From: an uncultured archaeon
GTDB taxonomy: Archaea > Asgardarchaeota > Thorarchaeia > Thorarchaeales > Thorarchaeaceae
NCBI GenBank assembly: GCA_964648855.1
Contig: CAZYLT010000017.1
Span: 1 to 32,000 of the forward strand
Length of the DNA: 32,000 nucleotides
Direction of reading: 5' to 3'
Every line of letters begins with the position of its first letter. Within the stretch, counting starts at the first letter, position 1. Shown here in pieces: positions 26,101 through 32,000 of this stretch. Both the position numbers and the translations under genes were made by a program. The notes under the pieces were generated by a model, which worked only from the letters and a program-made list of their open reading frames with translations, was not told where the DNA came from and did no database searches.

Positions 26101-27078
26101 ATGATTGAATCCGTTCGTGTATCATTGGGCTCCGCAATTGCATTAGGTCTAGAGCAAGGACCGGAGTTGAACTACTTTACTACGTTATTCATCATGACAC
26201 ATTCAGAAACTGGGTGTACAGCGAATTGCGCCTTTTGTCCTCAGGCTATCGATAGCGACTCGCGACCAGAGATGCTCTCCAGAATTGGTTGGCCTAAGTA
26301 TGACTCAAGTACATTCATGAACGCAGCTAATTCCAATCTCGAAAAATTTCTGAGAATATGTATCCAATGTCTCAATTACTCTGAGGTTGTGAATGACTGC
26401 CTTGATATTCTTAGTATACTAAAAGCTCAGAGGCCGCCTATTTCTGTATGCATTCACCCAATCTCAAAACAGGACATGGTCCGATTGTATGATGCGGGTG
26501 TGGAGCGAATTGGAATTGCAGTTGATGCGTGTACGCCGGATCTTTTTGAAAAAACCAAGGGCAATCAGCGGACACCCAAGTATAGCTGGACTGAACACAT
26601 GAAAGCTCTACGAAATGCAATGAAGGTGTGGGGACGGGGAAGTGTCACGACTCATCTAATTGTTGGCTTGGGCGAAACCGAGAGAGAGGCTGCAGAGTTT
26701 CTATTTCAAACCAAAGATATGGGGGTAACAGTCGGACTATTTGCGTTCACGAGCATAAAGGGTACAGTTCTTGAGAACCACCCGCAGCCAGATATTGGAA
26801 GATACCGTCGAATACAGATCCTACATTATCTCCTTTCGTTAGGAGAGATAGAGAAAGAGGATGTATCCTTCACAGAGGGACGCTTGGATTTTGATATTCC
26901 CGAAGAGAGATTGGTGGACCTTCTTTCAAATGGAACTGCATTCAGAGTTAGCGGTTGTCCTGGATGTAATAGGCCATACTACAACGAGCGGCCACGTGGT
27001 CCACTCTACAATTACCCTCGTCCTCTGGATAGAAAAGAAATTATAGAGGCCATCAAACAGGCAAAGGTGGTGGATTAA
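26101..27078 (+). CDS. lipS2: Radical SAM lipoyl synthase subunit, LipS2 type
   Basis: CTANCAFC (CxxxCxxC), HLIVGLGETE and C-terminal SGCPGCNRPYYNE (LipS2 GCPxC[ND]RP motif), directly upstream of the lipoate ligase genes. Confidence 0.82.
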   Translation: MIESVRVSLGSAIALGLEQGPELNYFTTLFIMTHSETGCTANCAFCPQAIDSDSRPEMLSRIGWPKYDSSTFMNAANSNLEKFLRICIQCLNYSEVVNDCLDILSILKAQRPPISVCIHPISKQDMVRLYDAGVERIGIAVDACTPDLFEKTKGNQRTPKYSWTEHMKALRNAMKVWGRGSVTTHLIVGLGETEREAAEFLFQTKDMGVTVGLFAFTSIKGTVLENHPQPDIGRYRRIQILHYLLSLGEIEKEDVSFTEGRLDFDIPEERLVDLLSNGTAFRVSGCPGCNRPYYNERPRGPLYNYPRPLDRKEIIEAIKQAKVVD

Positions 27079-27079
27079 A

Positions 27080-27847
27080 ATCAATTCATTCCGATTTCTT
27101 GGTTTAGAGGTGAATAATGCCTATACAAACATGGCAATAGATGAGTCAATAGTAACAGCAATCCACAATGGAGCGGCAGACCCGACTCTCAGATTCTATC
27201 GCTGGAAACCATCTGCAGTATCTATTGGGACATTCCAAGGAATGGAAGAAGAAGTCGATATCGAATATTGCAAAAAACAGGGAATCGATCCAGTTCGTAG
27301 AATCACCGGGGGCGGAGCGGTCTATCATGATTTCAATGGAGAAATCACATATAGCATTATTATTCCACAAAGCCACAAACTGGTCCCACATGATATTTTG
27401 CAATCTTACTCCATAATCTGCGATGGCATAATAAGAGGGCTAGCGAATCTAGATATAGAAGCACAATTTGTACCGATAAATGATATAGCTGTAAATGGAA
27501 AGAAAATCTCGGGAAATGCGCAGACCCGACGAAAAGGGTGTCTCCTCCAGCATGGAACTATCTTATTGGACCTCGATGTGAGAGAGATGTTCCGTATATT
27601 GAAAGTTCCTCAGGAGAAAATCTCTGATAAAATGATTGATGATGTAACGCAACGAGTGACGTCTTTGAAACATATTCTGGGAAGGAAAGTAGAATTTGAG
27701 GAGATTAGCAGAGCCTTGCGGAGAGGCTTCTCGGATGCGTTGAATATTGAACTAGTGCAAGGTTCTCTCTCTGGTGAAGAGGTTGAAGCTGCGCGAAAAC
27801 TAGCTAAGAAAAAATACTCAACCGACGATTGGAATTTCTCAAGGTGA
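27080..27847 (+). CDS. lplA: Lipoate-protein ligase catalytic subunit; probable ATC start at 27080 (ORF track start 27110)
   Basis: NMAIDE, PTLRFYRW, VRRITGGGAVYHD, NDIAVNGKKISGNAQ and LQHGTILL. Confidence 0.9.
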   Translation: MNSFRFLGLEVNNAYTNMAIDESIVTAIHNGAADPTLRFYRWKPSAVSIGTFQGMEEEVDIEYCKKQGIDPVRRITGGGAVYHDFNGEITYSIIIPQSHKLVPHDILQSYSIICDGIIRGLANLDIEAQFVPINDIAVNGKKISGNAQTRRKGCLLQHGTILLDLDVREMFRILKVPQEKISDKMIDDVTQRVTSLKHILGRKVEFEEISRALRRGFSDALNIELVQGSLSGEEVEAARKLAKKKYSTDDWNFSR

Positions 27848-27852
27848 GTGTT

Positions 27853-28128
27853 ATGGAAAAGAGCAGCTTCAAAGTACCGGGTGGGAAGCTTGTAAGAATC
27901 ACACTTAGCAGAGACAACAACGTGATTTCCACAATCAGAATCACGGGTGATTTTTTTCTCCATCCAGAAAGTACTTTGGATGACATTGAGGAAAAACTAG
28001 TTGGCGCAATACTACTAGAGTCGGAATTACAAAAAAACATTGAATCCGTAATAGCTGAAAAGAATGCAACTCTGATTGGTGCTACTGCCGCAGACATTGC
28101 AAGGGCTATAATGCTAGCTGTTGCCTGA
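27853..28128 (+). CDS. lplB: Lipoate-protein ligase accessory (C-terminal domain) subunit
   Basis: FKVPGGKLVRI and IRITGDFFLHPE; GGTGA SD before ATG 27853. Confidence 0.85.
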   Translation: MEKSSFKVPGGKLVRITLSRDNNVISTIRITGDFFLHPESTLDDIEEKLVGAILLESELQKNIESVIAEKNATLIGATAADIARAIMLAVA

Positions 28129-28184
28129 CATTCGGTGTTTCTTGAGGGCTACTGTGCACAGGTCTAGTCACACCTCTTGTGAGG

Positions 28185-28200
28185 CGAAATACCTTTAAAG
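28185..28200 (+). promoter_or_regulatory. BRE/TATA promoter of the histidine kinase operon
   Basis: CGAAATACCTTTAAAG: a purine-rich BRE followed by TTTAAA. Confidence 0.55.
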
Positions 28201-28265
28201 CAAGGCACCAAGCCAGCTAACTTGTCACGGATGTCAACAAACCTCAGCCCCTTGGAGGAGTTCTT

Positions 28266-29708
28266 CTGAGTCAAGCTAACTCTAACAGGATTTCTTCGTT
28301 AAGAGAGGGGATTCCCCTCATCCTAGCTTGCCTCTTAGCCATCCTTATTCTTTCACTGACAGTCAATTACAGCTATCTTCTGTTTCACTCTTTAGTGGAG
28401 ATATATTCAATCATTATTGCTTTCAGTTTATTCATCATTGTTTGGAATACACAGGATCTTTCGGAGAACAGTCTATTCCAACTGCTGGGAACCGCATATT
28501 TCTTTGTGGCTTTGTTGGACTTTATACATACGCTTTCATATTCCGGTATGGGCGTTTTTCCGGGATTTGGAGCAAACCTTCCTACACAGCTGTGGATAGC
28601 TGCGAGATACCTGGAAGCAATGTCACTTCTGACAATCCCATTCCTGTCGAAGAGAGGCATCTCACTGAATAGAGCATTTTTTGCGTATGCTTCCATCTCT
28701 GCAATACTCCTGCTCTCGATATTCATGGGTGCCTTTCCAGTAGCATACATCGAGGGTAGTGGATTGACTCTATTCAAAATCCTCAGTGAGTATTTGATAA
28801 TGATGATACTTGCCGGAGCGGCATATGTATATTCACGAAAGAGTCATGAATTGCCGCAGGATGCAAAAAGGTATTTCATTGCAGCGATCATCATCACTAT
28901 CGGAGCTGAAGCAGCATTCACACTCTATGTAGATGTGTACGGTTTTGCAAATATGATTGGTCATTATCTGAAGCTACTATCTTTCTATCTTGTCTATGAG
29001 GGGGCTGTAAGATATGTCTTAACCAATCCTGTATCTGCTCTTTTCAGCGACCTAAAAGATAGCGAAACAAATCTGTTAGAATCGAATGCGGCCCTAAGAT
29101 TCTCTCTTGATGTGCTCCAGCATGACGTAAGGAATTCGCTTCAGGTTGCCATAAGCTATTTTGACCTGTGGAAAGAAGAGTCATCCGATGAGCTATTAGT
29201 TGAGGTAGCAAATTCCATTGAACATGCCATCAATACGATTGCTGACGCGCGTGAAATTGAGGAATTAGCTCTCTCCAATGATACTCGAAAACCAGTTGTG
29301 TTATCAAAGATATTCGAATATCTGCCATTTCGGAGCAGACTAAGCTTTGAAGGTGATTGCTATGCTTATGCTGGCGCTGGGCTGATTTCGGTTCTTTCGA
29401 ATCTCATCGATAATGCGATAAAACATGGTTCTGCAAGCGAAATTACCTTTCAGGTGGCATCAACCCCTGAAAAATGCCTAATATCAATCAGGGATAACGG
29501 GAATGGTATTCCTGAGGACTATCAGGACAGAATATTTGAAAAGGGATTCGTTGGACCTAAATCATCAGGAACTGGAAGGGGACTATACATTGCTCGTGAG
29601 ATTGTTCAGCGGTATGACGGAAAGATTGAACTTGTGAAATCCAATAGCACGGGAACAACATTCCGAATCGAGATCGACAGAGTACAAGGGAATCGAAAGG
29701 TAAAATGA
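28266..29708 (+). CDS. MASE3-domain sensor histidine kinase; probable CTG start at 28266 (ORF track start 28395)
   Basis: YSYLLFHSLVE, LDFIHTLSYSGMGVF and NLPTQLWIAARY (MASE3); H-box QHDVRNSLQ, N-box NLIDNAIKHG, DNGNGIP and GTGRGLY. Confidence 0.9.
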   Translation: MSQANSNRISSLREGIPLILACLLAILILSLTVNYSYLLFHSLVEIYSIIIAFSLFIIVWNTQDLSENSLFQLLGTAYFFVALLDFIHTLSYSGMGVFPGFGANLPTQLWIAARYLEAMSLLTIPFLSKRGISLNRAFFAYASISAILLLSIFMGAFPVAYIEGSGLTLFKILSEYLIMMILAGAAYVYSRKSHELPQDAKRYFIAAIIITIGAEAAFTLYVDVYGFANMIGHYLKLLSFYLVYEGAVRYVLTNPVSALFSDLKDSETNLLESNAALRFSLDVLQHDVRNSLQVAISYFDLWKEESSDELLVEVANSIEHAINTIADAREIEELALSNDTRKPVVLSKIFEYLPFRSRLSFEGDCYAYAGAGLISVLSNLIDNAIKHGSASEITFQVASTPEKCLISIRDNGNGIPEDYQDRIFEKGFVGPKSSGTGRGLYIAREIVQRYDGKIELVKSNSTGTTFRIEIDRVQGNRKVK

Positions 29709-30685
29709 ACGCATATTTCATAATCGTCTTATTAGGAGTGATTCTATTCTTCGTCGTTTGGATATTGGGATGGGTCCTGGAGAGACTTTCACACATTGCC
29801 CTAGACACGGCCCGTGCTCCTGGCTCAAGAGCTTGGTACATGCTGGTTGGTCCCGGGGTCGCACTACACGAGTCTGCTCATGCTCTGGGTTGCCTCTTTA
29901 CTGGAACAGAGATTGTTGAATTCAAACCGCTTCATGTGGAAACTGTAGGAGATGAAGTAATCTTTGGTTATGTGAAATACAGGAACCCTCCGAGTATTTT
30001 GAAGAGAGCTGTCATCAACTTGGCGCCTGTAGCGGTTTCCTTAGTCCTCCTGATATTCTTCGCTCTTGGAGTCACATATCTCGTGCCAGAAACACCCGGA
30101 ATTGGTGGTCAAGCCCTACAGCTACTGGAAGATTTGATATACCTCAAGAATGACTCAACGCTTCTGAGTGATCTCCTATACCCACTTGTGGCAATCTCGG
30201 GTTTTGTATATTCATTCTTCTATACTTTCGCAGGCCTAACGGTTGTCAATCCTTTATTCTGGATAGTTGCGTTTTTGGCGATGACAGTGATGTTCAGTAA
30301 CGCTCCATCCAATGTTGATATCTCAAATGCAAGGCCAGGATTACGATTGATTCTACTGTTTGATATGATATGGTTGATAGTCGCGTTTCTATATCCTCAA
30401 GCTGGTTGGGCACTATTTGGGGTATTTGAGCTGCTCGCCGTTATGTACGCATTGGCTATTGCTTTCGCCATACTAGCATACGGCTTCTTCATCATGATAA
30501 CAGCAATGGCCAAGGTAAAAACGCCCATCAATCTTATTCCGTTATTAGCCACTATCGTTAGTGGTTTCTTGTTGAATATCTACTCGGTCGGCTCACCAAC
30601 ATTTCGTACAGTGGTCTCAGTTGGGATATTCGGGCTTATGCTCGTTCCCCTTCTCTTTATCAAAGAAATCCGTTCCGTCAGGTAA
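29705..30685 (+). CDS. Membrane-embedded HExxH zinc metalloprotease-like protein (M50-related)
   Basis: PGVALHESAHALGC, GYV and INLAP; many TM helices; ATGA overlap with the kinase stop. Confidence 0.7.
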   Translation: MNAYFIIVLLGVILFFVVWILGWVLERLSHIALDTARAPGSRAWYMLVGPGVALHESAHALGCLFTGTEIVEFKPLHVETVGDEVIFGYVKYRNPPSILKRAVINLAPVAVSLVLLIFFALGVTYLVPETPGIGGQALQLLEDLIYLKNDSTLLSDLLYPLVAISGFVYSFFYTFAGLTVVNPLFWIVAFLAMTVMFSNAPSNVDISNARPGLRLILLFDMIWLIVAFLYPQAGWALFGVFELLAVMYALAIAFAILAYGFFIMITAMAKVKTPINLIPLLATIVSGFLLNIYSVGSPTFRTVVSVGIFGLMLVPLLFIKEIRSVR

Positions 30686-30733
30686 TACTGAGTCTAAAAT
30701 AGTCAGCTGTACTACGATACCCGGGTATGGATT

Positions 30734-31081
30734 ATGGTCAAGATAGATATGGTACGACGCCCATCTTTGATTAGTCCACGTCATCTGCTCAGACACGTGT
30801 TTTTCACTGAAATGCAAGTGGAACAGGCAGCGAAAATCCTCAATGAAATCATGAAATCCAATGGAGTAGTTCCTGATTCTGAGTGGAAAAGGTTCGTTCT
30901 CTCCAGTAGAGGTTTGTATGTCAAAGTCATCAGAAAACTGAGAGATGTGGGTATTGTGGAAAAGCGGATGGGGGAATATCACTTGGCACGAGATTTCTCA
31001 ACAGCATTAGACAAAATTGGTGATTATTGGACCGATATCCTCGAATCCTATAGAAATGGTGATCGGACAATCACATTCTAA
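30734..31081 (+). CDS. Small winged helix-turn-helix protein
   Basis: SRGLYVKVIRKLRDVGIVEKRMGEYHLARDFS, a recognition helix plus wing. Confidence 0.65.
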   Translation: MVKIDMVRRPSLISPRHLLRHVFFTEMQVEQAAKILNEIMKSNGVVPDSEWKRFVLSSRGLYVKVIRKLRDVGIVEKRMGEYHLARDFSTALDKIGDYWTDILESYRNGDRTITF

Positions 31082-31091
31082 AGCTATGATT

Positions 31092-32000
31092 TCAGTCTAA
31101 CTCAACTTCGCCTTCCTTTATTTCAATCTTTTTCAGCGTGCTGATTGCCCGTTCCTCAGTAGTCTTGAGGACTCCGAGCTTCTCAAGCTCTCTAGCATGT
31201 TTTGCTGCCAATCCAGCAGGAATCCCAAGTGATTTTCCAAGCTCTTTGAAAGTTACCGATCCCACTTCATCCACTAAGAGCAAGACCTTGGTGTTAGCCT
31301 CCAGATTCAGCACCTTGATGTAACGAGAAGTACGTTCTCTTGCCAAATCTCGTTCTTCTAATGCCATATCCCGCTCTTTTTCAAGCAGACGAGTTGCCTT
31401 TTCGAAGCCCTTCTTCTGCATCTCAAGGGATGTAGTCAACTCCTTCTCTTTTTGCAGCTCGTTCTCTAAATCATAGATTTTTTGCTCAAGATTCTTTACT
31501 TCATCTATTCGATCCTGAACTGACTCGAGTTCCTTCAGTCGCTTTTCCGCCAGCTCTTGAGCAGCCTCTTTTTCCTTGACAGCTTCAGCAGCAGTTCGTT
31601 TCACTTTCTTCAATTCTGAAGTTGTTTCATCTAGATTCAGGCGCTTTTCATCCAACGCATTCTCAAGGAGCTCGATTTTTGATTCTAACGACTTCATCTC
31701 GGCCTCAGACGCAGCCGATGGCTCAACAGCTTTTTCGCTTGCTTCTCGGTACACATCAAGCTGGGTCTTTGTTTCTGCAAGGTTGATATTTAATTCCTCG
31801 ATCTCTTGACGAGCGTGGTCACGTTCAGAAATGAGGTTTTCAATCGTTTCATCTTTCTTGAAGATCTGGCTCCTTAAGGTGGATACTTCATTCTCAAGCT
31901 CCGCAATTCTTCGATTGAGTTCTTCAGTCTGAGCATCAACTTTGCTAGCTGAATCAATTTGGTCTTGCAGGGCCCTAACTGTCTTCTGTAGTTTGGATAT
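31092..32000 (-). CDS. Coiled-coil protein with a C-terminal wHTH (5'-truncated by the window edge)
   Basis: The frame is open from 32000 (ISKLQKTVRALQDQ…) with continuous heptads, ending in VLLLVDEVGSVTFKELGKSLGIPAGLAAKHARELEKLGVL. Confidence 0.8.
   Translation of the reverse strand: MSKLQKTVRALQDQIDSASKVDAQTEELNRRIAELENEVSTLRSQIFKKDETIENLISERDHARQEIEELNINLAETKTQLDVYREASEKAVEPSAASEAEMKSLESKIELLENALDEKRLNLDETTSELKKVKRTAAEAVKEKEAAQELAEKRLKELESVQDRIDEVKNLEQKIYDLENELQKEKELTTSLEMQKKGFEKATRLLEKERDMALEERDLARERTSRYIKVLNLEANTKVLLLVDEVGSVTFKELGKSLGIPAGLAAKHARELEKLGVLKTTEERAISTLKKIEIKEGEVELD

Noticed and set aside
26101-27078. Biotin synthase BioB
   Set aside because: The C-terminal GCPGCNRP motif and adjacency to lipoate ligase genes fit LipS2 better.
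1-32000. tRNA, rRNA, CRISPR arrays, IS elements, integrases
   Set aside because: No cloverleaf, repeat-spacer pattern, transposase or recombinase motif was seen; intergenic gaps are short.

Overview
Gene-dense archaeal chromosomal segment, most likely from an Asgard archaeon (Thorarchaeia-like; inferred from gene content). Archaeal markers include a PAC2/PbaB proteasome chaperone, TrmB, geranylgeranyl reductase, LipS2 and a split lipoate ligase. Eukaryotic-signature-type genes include a divergent profilin, a longin plus winged-helix protein, and a surface protein with a TRAP-beta/DUF11-like Ig domain. The window also holds a four-gene BMP-family nucleoside ABC transporter, a rhodanese, a GATase, a CorA-like protein, an MFS transporter, an agmatinase-like enzyme and a MASE3 histidine kinase. 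I found no rRNA, tRNA, CRISPR array or transposase. Four observations stand out. (1) A compact three-helix RNA element (12016-12082) lies directly before the nucleoside-binding protein gene, and one helix occludes the Shine-Dalgarno site, making it a candidate Asgard riboswitch. (2) Four genes appear to start at non-canonical ATC or CTG codons behind strong SD motifs. (3) A 7-8TM protein overlaps an NPRL2-like longin/wHTH gene. (4) Hairpin plus U-tract 3' elements recur, two with nearly the same stem sequence. All family assignments come from motif recognition by eye, not from database searches.
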